A stretch of DNA of 64,000 nt from Haliotis rufescens (GCF_023055435.1 NW_025964372.1:50654001-50718000); one strand, 5' to 3'. Shown: positions 39,369 through 53,767, counted from the stretch's first letter. The notes: generated by a model not told the origin, from the sequence alone. A program made the numbers and translations.

Positions 39369-41429
39369 CATGTTTACAGTATGTGTGTGGCTATAACATC
39401 TCCGACAAATGTCTATAACTCACTTGCTATATTCTGCAATTAGCGTCGTCCACTGTGGTGACTTTTCTTCTGAAGTGCAACACAATCCCACTCAACGGAA
39501 GCGCAGGCCAACAGATAAAGATGTCGATGAGATCTAGACTTGCTGTATCCTCAAATGGTTAGCCGGGCAAGGGAGCAGGTACTGTTGGTATTGAGTGATC
39601 ATATGATGAGGGGATTGGGTGGTAAATGCATGGGGAATGATATTGAGTAGTTCAATATTTATTGCCTACGTTATTAATGATTCACCGTCACATACACAAA
39701 TACATACAATGGTGAAACTCAATATTGCTAAGAATAATGTTTATCCGTGTATATCACAGTAACCCGTGTATACAAAACATGGAAGTACACGAATGTCTTG
39801 ACATTAATCTACGTACCTTGGTGTCTTTTACATTACACGGATATGTTCAGCTCTCTGGTAACCTGTCTGTCGTTCGTTGTCAAACTGACCCGTGAAGATC
39901 AGCAACCCATGTTTGCCGTAAAAACGCGACCATGCTTGTCCAAAGAGGTGTTCACGTTCACGTTCAGTGAGTTCATATGTAACGTAACAATATTTCAGCT
40001 ATATCGTGACGACATTTACGTTAAGACCTACCTGTGCATATATTAATCATACAACCTGCGTTATAGATTTTGTATTGGTAAAGTGTATAGACGTTAATCA
40101 ATTATATGAAGACCAAAGTGAACAATAGCATTATAGTAATACGCACCTGTTCACGCCGGACCAGGCAGCTGAGTGATGCATATTGTGATCAACGATCCCA
40201 CGACGTTGTGGTCAGACGCCACGCCAAGAACCAAGCCTGATATCCGATCCAGAAAGTCGCCTCGTAGGACCAGGTCCAACCCGGAATAACTACGAAGTCA
40301 CAATAGTATTGTTGTATTTAGCTCTGCTTCGGAAATGAATTACATTTAAAATGTCATTATCATGGAAACGACCAGAAAATTTAAAATATCCAAATATAGA
40401 AAACACTTCATTGTTTCTGTACGTTCAGCAAAACGTGACATTCTAGTTTGAAGTCCGATGCAATCCCTTATTTTTGACTTCTACCCTATGGTTCCCGTGT
40501 TTCTTCAGGTGAACAATTGACTTGCCGTTGCATGTGTTCACTTGGTATCATCACTATTTGATAGTGATTCATAAACACTTGCCATGGTATAGTCGGAATT
40601 GAACATTCAACTCTGCTTTTAGCAGAGATTTCTTATGAATATGGAACGGGTTTTGTTGCTTTGTGTCTACTTGTCGCAATTTTTCATGTACAATCGAGCA
40701 TGCTCTTTTAAAGAAGATTAAAAAGAGCGCCATACAACTGTTCTTCAAAAGTTGTTTGATCAGGGTTACAAATTTATAGCCTTAGAAAAGCTTTCAAAGT
40801 GTTGTATGGTAGTCACATTTCTACATTTAAAGACTGAGTGGCAAAAAATATGTTTGATGCAATTCTCTATATTGATTTGTGAACCATTTGTTCCCATTTC
40901 CTGTTCAGGTGAAGCACCGGGGGATTTCATGCTTTTGTGACGGGTTCCACCGGTGGGGACACTCTCACAGTATTCGCGAACACCTGGTGTCATCACTATT
41001 TCAAAGCGATTCATATAGTCGGAATCGGAATCGTACTATGGACTCAGATTTTAGCAGATAGTTCTTTGGATTTTAGGATCAATAATGGAATACCTTTTGT
41101 CGCTTTTATTCTTTATATTATAGTGCACAGTCTCCATCAGTAATATGCCAGCGGTTTGACGGCGGCATGTAACTAATCGAGAGTGGACGCCATGAACAAC
41201 GTTACGAAGCCTGACCCCCGATCTATTAAGTTGCACGTTACGACCAGAATGGATGGTTTGGCAGATATTCTACCCCGGAATCCCCCGAAGGGCCAATGTT
41301 AACGGATGGCAACTTACCGTACATGCCATATTCAATATTGCCCACATGCTGGAACGCATATTCTGCGTATCTTAACTGCGTTTAGAAAGTTTCGGAGCCG
41401 CGTTATGATCAGCTTGTATATTATGGTGA

Positions 41430-41770
41430 GGTGAGGTGGAATTGGGTTTAACGTCGTTTCCAAGATTATTGCATTTATATAGCGACGTGCATGCACGTGA
41501 ATGTGTGTGTGTGTGGCTGCTTGTACTAGTCAGGACTGATGCCGATTTATAGTGCTAGCACACTGAGATACCATGCCGCAGTTTAACATGAATACCCCAC
41601 TCAGACACAGTATACTGACTCCGAGCCGACCAGTCCTTGTTTTAGCCCCTTACCCTTAATGCCGAGCGCCAGACAGGGTAACAACAAGTACAATCTTTTA
41701 ACGTCTTTTGGTATGACGCGGCTGGGGATCGAACCCGGACCTTCCGCTCTCCGGGCGGACGCTCTACCAT
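41430..41770 (-). mobile_element. tRNA-derived SINE, family C
   Basis: gggatcgaacccggaccttccgc..cgctctacca; near-identical copy at ~62897-63135. Confidence 0.75.
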
Positions 41771-42313
41771 TTGACCGGTCAGCTTGTATATTTAGAACTG
41801 AGAATATAATTTGTATGCACATTGTATCAATGTCATGCCAGAGAACATACAATTAGGGGCAAAATAAAGTATACTGAGTTTGTTTTTTATGTGATTGAAT
41901 TTGAAAGAACTGTTATTAAATTTGATTATGTCCATTTAACCATCACTGATTTCTGCAACAGTTTGTATAACGTCATCTGTGTCTGGGTGATATTGTGTAA
42001 ATATACATTGGTTCCATGAAGACGGGGTAAGACATAGATTTCTAACTACGTGACCCCTACCATGATTGAAATGTAAAATATTGCCGAAAAAGTTATTGAT
42101 TTTCATAGACGTCTAAAAATTACGTTTTAAAGGTTTTATTCATCGTATCCCAATTGCGTAAAAAATCGAGATACGATGACATGCATCGACTAAGTCAGCG
42201 AGCCTGACCACCCGATCCCGTTAGTCCGTTCTTACCACAAGCATCGTTACCTGTTACGGCAAGCATAGGTTGCTGAAGACCTATGTTACCATGGATCTTC
42301 AGGGGCGAAATAT

Positions 42314-42605
42314 TCTTGAATCTCTAGATGCTTGATTTACAGGTATCTTGCCAACTTTCAGACGAACCTCTTGAATCTCTAGACGCTTGATTTACAGGTA
42401 TCTTGCCAACTTTCAGACGAACCCCTTGAATCTCTAGACGCCTGATTTACAGGTACATGTATCTTGCCAACTTTCAGACGAGTCCATTGACTCTCTGGAC
42501 GCATATAATTTACAGGTATCTTGCCAACTTTCAGACGAACCCCTTGAATCTCTGGACACCTGATTTACAGGTATCTTGCCAACTTTCAGACGAACCCATT
42601 GACTG
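42314..42605. repeat. 55-bp tandem repeat, 5 copies
   Basis: tttacagg recurs at 42336, 42391, 42446, 42509 and 42564. Confidence 0.9.
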
Positions 42606-42889
42606 TCTTGGCGCCTAAGTCTTTAGTTGGTGTTGATATATTTTGGACTATGGGACTTATTGGTAATTGAATGAGAAATACTAGCATTGTGAGTTCAAAA
42701 TGTCTTATCATTCAGTTTAACGTGAAATGTGTTGCCTAAATGTGTGAGAAATATCAAGTACATTGTTAAAGACATCTTGAATTTCGGCATTTCTGTGTGA
42801 CATATCGCCATAGTAATACGAGTGAGACATATATTCCAACAGTTACGTCTGGCGTTAAGGTTACGTACGCTTCAGCGACTATTGTAAAC

Positions 42890-43064
42890 GGGGGTTAACA
42901 TTCATCAAATGTTGTATAACCACCAGTCAAATTTCGTTAATTTCCAATTAGTGGTTCAGAAGAAGAAGTCGGTTGAAAAAAACGTTGCCGTACGGACGAC
43001 GGACGACGGACGCCACGGTATGGCATAAGCTCACCTTGGTCCTTTGGACCAGGTGAGCTTAAAA
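42890..43064 (+). mobile_element. End of a Helentron-associated-type non-autonomous element
   Basis: (GACG/GAC)n microsatellite, then hairpin agctcacct-tggtcc-ttt-ggacca-ggtgagct and an A-run. Confidence 0.6.
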
Positions 43065-43126
43065 GTGAGATATCACACGTGAAAGTGGCGCATACAAAAT
43101 ATATAATCTTTAATCAACTGCCGCCC

Positions 43127-43280
43127 GGGGCGGTCGGGTAGCCTTTGGTTAAAGCATTCGGTCGTCACGCCGAAGATCCCGGTTCAATTCCCGCCATGGG
43201 TACAATGTGTGAAGCCCATTTCTGGTGTGATACTGCTGGAATATTGCTAAAAGTGGCGTAAAACCATACTCACTCACTCA
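43127..43280 (+). mobile_element. SINE family A copy
   Basis: A/B boxes and (ACTC)n tail; flanking tcaactgYcgcc direct repeat. Confidence 0.8.
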
Positions 43281-45349
43281 ACTGTCGCCTTGATATTCAG
43301 AAGCTATTGGCAAATAATTAAATTTTCGTTATGTTCATTGTAATTCCTGCATTCTGATCAGCTGAACTGGTCACGTGCTTTTGCATTCATTTCAGAATGT
43401 ATGTAAAAAATCAAGCCACGCCCACACAAGCGGACTCCTTTTACTTTAATTGATTGTCGGGGAATTCCCATTCTGCTCACGTGTATCGTCATGCACAGGA
43501 CATTAAGCGAAATTCATGCATATTCATTGTCTAAACTACCCTTTGCGACCGAAGGCCGAGAAGGAATGAAACAGCAAACGTGCAGGCTCGCCCGCCTGGG
43601 ATTCACAACTTTCATGTCTTCAGGTTTCATTTCTAACCCGCATATTTCCAACTGTGTCTTCCCCTTCTCAGGGAACTAATGTTTGAATCTGGCGGTAACT
43701 GACCATATCATTTGAAACAGCCGTCTTCTCCCTGAAATATTTATTCCGGTTCGTTGCAGTCTGACTGTTGCAGTTCTTCTGTTGCCGTGATTGACGGGTC
43801 ATATGAACTTTGTTTTGATCCTACTCTCCGTTGATTGGCTACTGACTTTGTGGGCGTGTCAAGTTATGTGCATAAATTAAACAATCACCTGATTCATGTC
43901 ACGCCACAGTATCACTCTCCTACCCAGAGTTCCATGCGGCCGGCAGCCAGCTAGCATAGTACCTCTGCCACAGGCCAGCGCCATGTGACGATTCGTCACG
44001 TCTTTCACAGTCCATTCAAGATATTGCATATGCTTTTCATCCGTTTCATGTTTGACAAGTCTACACATTTTCATAAGCAAATGTCAAAGTATGGTTAACT
44101 TTCATTGAGAAAGTATGCAAATACGTAAAAATCTACTTGTTTTTGCGTAGTTATCCTATGTTTACATTGGTTGTACGGCTCCAGGTGCTGTCATCGAAGC
44201 GCAACGGAGAGCTAGCGACACGGTCACTTTGATGCATAAATATATATTGTCATGCAACTCACTGTAGCAGTTGTAGTAGCATATCTATATAGTTATGCAA
44301 AACAATATGTAAAGCGCCCCCAAATACTTGCATTAGTCCGTTCTATACTGATTTCTGAAAAAGCGCGTTTGTTTACAAACAAGAGAAAAGTCCGGTCACG
44401 TGATATGCAAATTAGCCTGTGGCAGTGGTGTTATGCTGAGTCATCACTGCGACGGAGTATGGCCACAGTATGTATTCCTACACCTGAAATGTTTATCAAT
44501 GTCGTCATTGATGTCTTCTTTGATATAAGGAACTGTTTTTGATTAAACCTTTGTAGACAATGCATGTTTTTGTTGTCGAATTTAATAATATGGATTGAAT
44601 GTGGATTTTAATCGGTTCATTGGGGTATGAATCGAAAAACCTACATGCAAACGCGGATTCATACAGTTTGCTGTTTGTTCAGACTGCTGGGGTAACCTTG
44701 GTTACCATTGTACTCAAACGCCTCAGCTTACTTAAAACATTACTGATATGTGGATCTAATCAGATCCATGGATTGCGGACACCCTGGTCTTCGTTGTGGA
44801 TACATGAAAAAACAATATCTGCCTTGCATTAACGTTTGTTTATTTCAAGTCTGCTGGGAATTTCGTTTATCCGATTATCGTGAGTGGTTCTCTGAAACAG
44901 GAATAAATGACCAATGCACTTGTGTTTGTGTGTTGTTTAACGCCCACTCAGCAATATTCGAGCTATATGACGTCTGTCTTTATGTTATCAAGTCTGGACC
45001 AGACAATCTAGTGATGGACATTATGAGTATCGATCTACGCAATTGCGGGGGACCTATGTTCTTTCCCGCAACCCCCAATGATGAGCCCATATGAGTCGGT
45101 GGTATTGTTTACAGTTGTTGTGAAACATTCGGGTGGGTTTGTTGTTTGACACCCCACTCAACAGTATTCCAGTTAAATGATGGCATCCTCTAGATAATCG
45201 AGTCTTGACCAGACAATCCAGTGAATGTACGCCGTCGGGTATGGTGATACACGTCAGTGAGCCTGACCACCCGACCTACTGAGTCGCTTCTCACAAGCAT
45301 GGAGTGGGTGGGAACCTACGCCCTAACCAGGACTCTAAGGGGGCTGTAC

Positions 45350-45535
45350 CTACGTTTTCTTGCAGATGAAATACTGACGCATGGACCAGCTCAAAACAGT
45401 TCTCGGCGTGTTTTGCATTATCGGGTTGTCCTGGTGCCCAGTTGGTGAAGTCCAAGTTCAGTTTACTGTGTGACCACATCCAGTTGGCCTCGCTCAGGAG
45501 ATCATTTCCTCCGAGCCATACAGCCCGCACGGACA
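45350..45535 (-). pseudogene. Last exon of a C-type lectin (perlucin-like) with a frameshifting deletion
   Basis: LSVRAVWLGGNDLLSEANWMWS..FTNWAPGQPDNAKHAENCFELVH, then RQYFICKKT* in the +1 frame. The WND-x2-C segment is absent. Confidence 0.8.
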
Positions 45536-45557
45536 CTGTTATACAAATAAATTTACA

Positions 45558-48500
45558 TAACATTAGCATGCGTATTACATTGCTATGCGTATAACATTGG
45601 TATGTGTTTTACGTTGGTATGTGTATTACATTGGTATGTGTATTACATTGGTATGTGTATTACGTTGGTATGTGTATAACATTGGTATGCGCATTACATT
45701 GGTATGTGTATTACATTGGTATGTGTATTACATTGGTATGCGCATTACATTGGTATGTATATTACATTGGTATGTGTATTACATTGGTATGCGTATTACA
45801 TTGGTATGTGTATTACGTTGGTATGTGTATTACATTGGTATGTGTATTACATTGGTATGTGTATTACGTTGGTATGTGTATAACATTGGTATGTGCATTA
45901 CATTGGTATGTGTATTACATTGGTATGTGTATTACATTGGTATGCGCATTACATTGGTATGTGTATTACATTGGTATGTGTATTACATTGGTATGTGTAT
46001 TACGTTGGTATGTGTATAACATTGGTATGCGCATTACATTGGTATGTGTATTACATTGGTATGTGTATTACATTGGTATGCGTATTAGACTGTTATGCGT
46101 ACTAAATTGATATGTGTATTACATTGGTTTGCGTATTACGTTGGTATGTGTATTACGTTGGTATGTGTATAACATTGGTATGCGCATTACATTGGTATGT
46201 GTATTACATTGGTATGCGCATTACATTGGTATGCGCATTACATTGGTATGTGTATTACATTGGTATAGGTATTACATTGGTATGCGTATTAGACTGCTAT
46301 GCGTACTAAATTGATATGTGTATTACATTGGTATGTGTATTACGTTGGTATGTGTATTACGTTGGTATGTGTATTGCATTGGTATGTGTATTACATTGGT
46401 ATGTGTATTACAATGGTATACGTATGACATTGGTATGCGTATTTGGTATGTGTATTACATTGGTATGTGTATTACATTGGTATGCGTATTACATTGGTAT
46501 ACGTATTACATTGGTATGTGTATTACGTTGGTATGTGTATTACATTGGTATGTGTATTACATTGGTATGCGTACTACATTGGTATGTGTATTACATTGGT
46601 ATCTGTATTACACTGGTATGCGTATTACATTGGTATGCGTATTACATTGGCATCTGTATTACATTGGTATGTGTATTACACTTGTATACGTATTACATTG
46701 GTATGTGTATTACACTGGTATGCGTATTACATTGGTATACGTATTACATTGGTATGTGTATTACATTGGTATGCGTATTACATTGGTATGTGTATTACAT
46801 TGGTATGTGTATTACATTGGTATGTGTATTACATTGGTATACGTATTACGTTGGTATGTGTATTACGTTGGTATGTGTATTACATTGGTATGCGTATTAC
46901 ATTGGTATACGTATTACATTGGTATGCGTATTACATTGGTATGTGTATTACATTGGTATGTGTATTACACTTGTATACGTATTACATTGGTATGTGTATT
47001 ACATTGGTATGCGTATTACATTGGTATACATATTACATTGGTATGTGTATTACATTGGTATGCGTATTACATTGGTATGTGTATTACATTGGTATGTGTA
47101 TTACATTGGTATACGTATTACATTGGTATGCGTATTACATTGGTATGTGTATTACATTGGTATGTGTATTACATTGGTATGTGTATTACATTGGTATACG
47201 TATTACATTGGTATGTGTATTACGTTGGTATGTGTATTACATTGGTATACGTATTACATTGGTATGCGTATTACATTGGTATGTGTATTACATTGGTATG
47301 TGTATTACATTGCTATACGTATTACATTGGTATGTGTATTACATTGGTATACGTATTACATTGGAATGTGTATTACATTGGTATGCGTATTACATTGGTA
47401 TGTGTATTACATTGGTATGTGTATTACATTGGTATACGTATTACATTGGTATGCGTATTACATTGGTATGTGTATGACATTGGTATGTGTATTACATTGG
47501 TATGTGTATTACATTGGTATACGTATTACATTGGTATGTGTATTACATTGGTATACGTATTACATTGGTATGTGTATTACATTGGTATGTGTATTACACT
47601 TGTATACGTATTACATTGATATGTGTATTACATTGGTATGCGTATTACATTGGTATACGTATTACATTGGTATGTGTATTACATTGGTATGCGTATTACA
47701 TTGGTATGTGTATTACATTGGTATGCGCATTACATTGGTATGTGTATTAAATTGGTATGCGTATTACGTTGGTATGTGTATTACATTGCTATGCGTAGTA
47801 CGTTGGTATGTGTATTACACTTGTATACGTATTACATTGGTATGTGTATTACATTGGTATGCGTATTACATTGGTATACGTATTACATTGGTATGCGTAT
47901 TACATTGGTATGTGTATTACATTGGTATGTGTATTACATTGGTATGTGTATTACATTGGTATACGTATTACATTGGTATACGTATTACATTGGTATGCGT
48001 ATTACATTGGTATGTGTATTACATTGGTATGTGTATTAAATTGGTATGTGTATTACATTGGTATACGTATTACATTGGTATGTGTATTACATTGGTATAC
48101 GTATTACATTGGTATGTGTATTACATTGGTATGTGTATTACACTTGTATACGTATTACATTGGTATGTGTATTACATTGGTATGCGTATTACATTGGTAT
48201 ACGTATTACATTGGTATGTGTATTACATTGGTATGCGTATTACATTGGTATGTGTATTACATTGGTATGCGCATTACATTGGTATGTGTATTAAATTGGT
48301 ATGCGTATTACGTTGGTATGCGTATTACATTGCTATGCGTAGTACGTTGGTATGTGTATTACACTTGTATACGTATTACATTGGTATGTGTATTACATTG
48401 GTATGCGTATTACATTGGTATACGTATTACATTGGTATGTGTATTACATTGGTATGCGTATTACATTGGTATGTGTATTACATTGGTATGCGTATTACAT

Positions 48501-48733
48501 TGGTATACGTATTACATTGGTATGTGTATTACATTGGTATGCGTATAACATTGGTATGTGTATTACATTGGTATGTGTATTACATTGGTATGCGCATTCC
48601 ATTGGTATGTGTATTACATTGGTATGTGTATTACGTTGGTATGCGTATTACATTGCTATGCGTAGTACGTTGGTATGTGTTTTACATTGGTATGCGTATT
48701 ACATTGCTATGCGTATTACATTGCTATGCGTAT
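45558..48733. repeat. 17-bp tandem array, ~185 copies
   Basis: Unit tattacattggtatgtg, giving 17-aa periodic ORFs in all three frames. Confidence 0.95.
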
Positions 48734-49382
48734 TGATGAGCTCAAAGGTTGGTTCAGCTGGCCTACAAAACTATTTGTGTGCTGTTCAACCGCACTCAAT
48801 ATTCTAACTATACGAAGATCGCCTTGACCAGACAAGCCAGTGATTGCTATTGTGATCAAAGCCCCACACTGTTAGGGTACAGTGACACGCAAAGAATAGC
48901 TTCATGGAGCCCGACCACCGTTATAAATATTTTTAGTCGCCTCTTACGACGAGTTAAGGTTACCCGAGACCTATAATTTCTTATCCTGATAGCTGGCTGT
49001 TGAGTGTAATGGCCGCATGTCCCGAGACCACAAATATTCCAGTGATATTTATTTATGAGTTGTTTGATAGGCATTACTTAAAAGTTGACGGAAGACGAAG
49101 TAGAGACGATTTATGGATAACAACTTCTTTATTTACTGCAAAGGCGATGTTTGATATACTTGTAGATCCTTATACCGTTGTCAGGCTAGGCACCTTGCTT
49201 GACAACGGTACAAAGGATCTGTACCGAAACGTCGCCTTTACACTAAACAAAGAAGTTGTTATCCATAAGTCGTCTCTAAGAAATCCTAAGAAGGAACAGT
49301 CATGACACAAATACAATTTGGCACAGCAACCGAGTTTTTACAAAGGTAATTTAATAAACATAAAATCTCTTCCTCCTATCCT

Positions 49383-52300
49383 ATACCTCTCTGCCTTAAG
49401 ATCCTAAGACACGGCAAATCAGAACTTTTACTCCAATACGATACCTCTCTGCCTTCAGATCCTAAGACACGGCAAATCAGAACTTTAACACCAATACGAT
49501 ACCTCTCTGCCTTAAGATCCTAAGACACGGCAAATCAGAACTTTTACACCAATACGATACCTCTCTGCCTTAAGATCCTAAGACACGGCAAATCAGAACT
49601 TTTACTCCAATACGATACCTCTCTGCCTTAAGATCCTAAGACACGGCAAATCAGAACTTTTACACCAATACGATACCTCTCTGCCTTAAGATCCTAAGAC
49701 ACGGCAAATCGGAACTTTTACTCCAATACGATACCCCTCTGCCTTAAGATCCTAAGACACGGCAAATCAGAACTTTTACACCAATACGATACCTCTCTGC
49801 CTTAAGATCCTAAGACACGGCACATCAGAGCTTTTACTCCAATACGATACCTCTCTGCCTGAAGATCCTAAGACACGGCAAATCAGAACTTTTACTCCAA
49901 TACGATACCTCTCTGCCTTCAGATCCTAAGACACGGCAAATCAGAACTTTAACACCAATACGATACCTCTCTGCCTTAAGATCCTAAGACACGGCAAATC
50001 AGAACTTTTACACCAATACGATACCTCTCTGCCTTAAGATCCTAAGACACGGCAAATCAGAACTTTTACTCCAATACGATACCTCTCTGCCTTAAGATCC
50101 TAAGACACGGCAAATCAGAACTTTTACACCAATACGATACCTCTCTGCCTTAAGATCCTAAGACACGGCAAATCGGAACTTTTACTCCAATACGATACCC
50201 CTCTGCCTTAAGATCCTAAGACACGGCAAATCAGAACTTTTACACCAATACGATACCTCTCTGCCTTAAGATCCTAAGACACGGCACATCAGAGCTTTTA
50301 CTCCAATACGATACCTCTCTGCCTGAAGATCCTAAGACACGGCAAATCAGAACTTTTACTCCAATACGATACCTCTCTGCCTTCAGATCCTAAGACACGG
50401 CAAATCAGAACTTTTACTCAAATAAGATACCTCTCTGCCTTCAGATCCTAAGACACGGCAAATCAGAACTTTTACACCAATACGATACCTCTCTGCCTTA
50501 AGATCCTCAGACACCGCAAATCAGAACTTTTATTCCAATGCGATACCTCTCTGCCTTAAGATCCTAAGACACGGCAAATCAGAACTTTTACACCAATACG
50601 ATACCTCTCTGCCTTCAGATCCTAAGACACGGCAAATCAGAACTTTTACTCCAATACGATACCTCTCTGCCTTAAGATCCTAAGACACGGCAAATCAGAA
50701 CTTTTACTCCAATACGATACCTCTCTGCCTGAAGATCCTAAGACACGGCAAATCAGAACTTTTACTCCAATACGATACCTCTCTGCCTTCAGATCCTAAG
50801 ACACGGCAAATCAGAACTTTTACTCCAATACGATACCTCTCTGCCTTCAGATCCTAAGACACGGCAAATCAGAACTTTTACTCCGATACGATACCTCTCT
50901 GCCTTCAGATCCTAAGACACGGCAAATCAGAACTTTTACTCTAATACGATACATCTCTGCCTTAAGATCCTAAGACACGGCAAATCAGAACTTTTACTCC
51001 AATACGATACCTCTCTGCCTTAAGATCCTAAGACACGGCAAATCAGAACTTTTACTCAAATAAGATACCTCTCTGCCTTCAGATCCTAAGACACGGCAAA
51101 TCAGAACTTTTACACCAATACGATACCTCTCTGCTTTAAGATCCTCAGACACCGCAAATCAGAACTTTTATTCCAATGCGATACCTCTCTGCCTTAAGAT
51201 CCTAAGACACGGCAAATCAGAACTTTTACTCCAATACGATACCTCTCTGCCTTAAGATCCTAAGACACGGCAAATCAGAACTTTTATTCCAATGCGATAC
51301 CTCTCTGCCTTCAGATCCTAAGACACGGCACATCAGAACTTTTACACCAATACGATACCTCTCTGCCTTCAGATCCTAAGACACGGCAAATCAGAACTTT
51401 TACTCCGATACGATACCTCTCTGCCTTAAGATCCTAAGACACGGCAAATCAGAACTGTTATTCCAATGCGATACCTCTCTGCCTTCAGATCCTAAGACAC
51501 GGCAAATCAGAACTTTTACTCCAATACGATACCTCTCTGCCTTCAGATCCTAAGACACGGCAAATCAGAACTTTTACTCCGATACGATACCTCTCTGCCT
51601 TCAGATCCTAAGACACGGCAAATCAGAACTTTTACTCTAATACGATACATCTCTGCCTTAAGATCCTAAGACACGGCAAATCAGAACTTTTACTCCAATA
51701 CGATACCTCTCTGCCTTAAGATCCTAAGACACGGCAAATCAGAACTTTTACTCAAATAAGATACCTCTCTGCCTTCAGATCCTAAGACACGGCAAATCAG
51801 AACTTTTACACCAATACGATACCTCTCTGCTTTAAGATCCTCAGACACCGCAAATCAGAACTTTTATTCCAATGCGATACCTCTCTGCCTTAAGATCCTA
51901 AGACACGGCAAATCAGAACTTTTACTCCAATACGATACCTCTCTGCCTTAAGATCCTAAGACACGGCAAATCAGAACTTTTATTCCAATGCGATACCTCT
52001 CTGCCTTCAGATCCTAAGACACGGCACATCAGAACTTTTACACCAATACGATACCTCTCTGCCTTAAGATCCTAAGACACGGCAAATCAGAACTTTTACA
52101 CCAATACGATACATCTCTGCCTTAAGATCCTAAGACACCGCAAATCAGAACTTTTACTCCAATACGATACCTCTCTGCCTGAAGATCCTAAGACACGGCA
52201 AATCAGAACTTTTACTCCAATACGATACCTCTCTGCCTTCAGATCCTAAGACACGGCAAATCAGAACTTTTACTCCAATACGATACCTCTCTGCCTGAAG

Positions 52301-53096
52301 ATCCTAAGACACGGCAAATCAGAACTTTTACTCCGATACGATACCTCTCTGCCTTCAGATCCTAAGACACGGCAAATCAGAACTTTTACTCCGATACGAT
52401 ACCTCTCTGCCTTCAGATCCTAAGACACGGCAAATCAGAACTTTTATTCCAATGCGATACCTCTCTGCCTTAAGATCCTAAGACACCGCAAATCAGAACT
52501 TTTACTCCAATACGATACCTCTCTGCCTTAAGATCCTAAGACACCGCAAATCAGAACTTTTATTCCAATGCGATACCTCTCTGTCTTCAGATCCTAAGAC
52601 ACGGCAAATCAGAACTTTTACTCCAATACGATACCTCTCTGCCTTAAGATCCTAAGACACGGCAAATCAGAACTTTTACACCAATACGATACCTCTCTGC
52701 CTTAAGATCCTAAGACACGGCAAATCAGAACTTTTACTCCAATACGATACCTCTCTGCCTGAAGATCCTAAGACACGGCAAATCAGAACTTTTACACCAA
52801 TACGATACCTCTCTGCCTTAAGATCCTAAGACACCGCAAATCAGAACTTTTACTCCAATACGATACCTCTCTGCCTTCAGATCCTAAGACACGGCAAATC
52901 AGAACTTTTATTCCAATGCGATACCTCTCTGCCTTCAGATCCTAAGACACGGCAAATCAGAACTTTTACTCCAATACGATACCTCTCTGCCTTAAGATCC
53001 TAAGACACGGCAAATCAGAACTTTTACACCAATACGATACCTCTCTGCCTTGAGATCCTAAGACACGGCAAATCAGAACTTTTACACCAATACGAT
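49383..53096. repeat. 58-bp tandem array, ~64 copies, with higher-order structure
   Basis: Unit atacctctctgccttaagatcctaagacacggcaaatcagaacttttactccaatacg. Confidence 0.95.
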
Positions 53097-53394
53097 TTGA
53101 AGACACCTCCACAGAAGATCGCGTCAGGTAACCTTCAACGAACTTTTTTGCTATAATTATCCTTTACCCTTCTTCGAATTTCGATCTTGTCAAAAGAAAA
53201 CTGCCGCAGAACACAAATATACTCTTGATAGTACATTATTGTGGGTGTGGGTGTAGGTGGCGCTCAGAAACGAGAGAGTGTATACAATATCATCAACAAA
53301 ATAATAGCGCGGTGTTTTTTTTAATTTGCATGATCATTGTCGAAACCGAACAGAAGTTGTTGATTAATGGACATTATCAATTAGGTTTGGTTTG

Positions 53395-53648
53395 ATTTGG
53401 TTTGTTGTTTTACGCCGCACTCAGCAATATCCCATATGACGGCGGTCTGTAAATAATCGAGTCTGGACCAGACAATCCAGTGATTTACATCACGAACATC
53501 GATCCACGCCATTGGGATCGATGACATGAATCAACCAAGTCAGCGATCCTGACCACCCGATCCCGTTAGTCGCCTTTTACGACAAGCATAGTCGCCTTTT
53601 ACGGCAATTGGTTGCTGAAGACCTATTTTACCCCGGATCTTCATGGGT
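53395..53648 (-). mobile_element. SINE-like family B copy
   Basis: Match to 15742-15997. Confidence 0.8.
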
Positions 53649-53767
53649 CTATCAATTAGGCGTTTCATTTTAACATGATAGCTGATATAAATCATTGTAT
53701 TTAAACTAACTGTGCAAATGTTTACAACGAGGTTGCATGTCAAAGTATTCTCAGGCAAACTACTCAC

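Noticed and set aside
791-48807. Long repetitive ORFs (up to 806 aa) in the 21-, 30- and 17-bp arrays
   Set aside because: They are translations of tandem repeats, open in several frames and on both strands, with no gene context.
49000-49305. 101-aa plus-strand ORF between two arrays
   Set aside because: Protein-like composition but no motif I can assign with confidence; needs BLASTX.
2657-53096. CRISPR-like interpretation of the arrays
   Set aside because: Units are head-to-tail with no unique spacers, there are no cas genes, and the context is eukaryotic.
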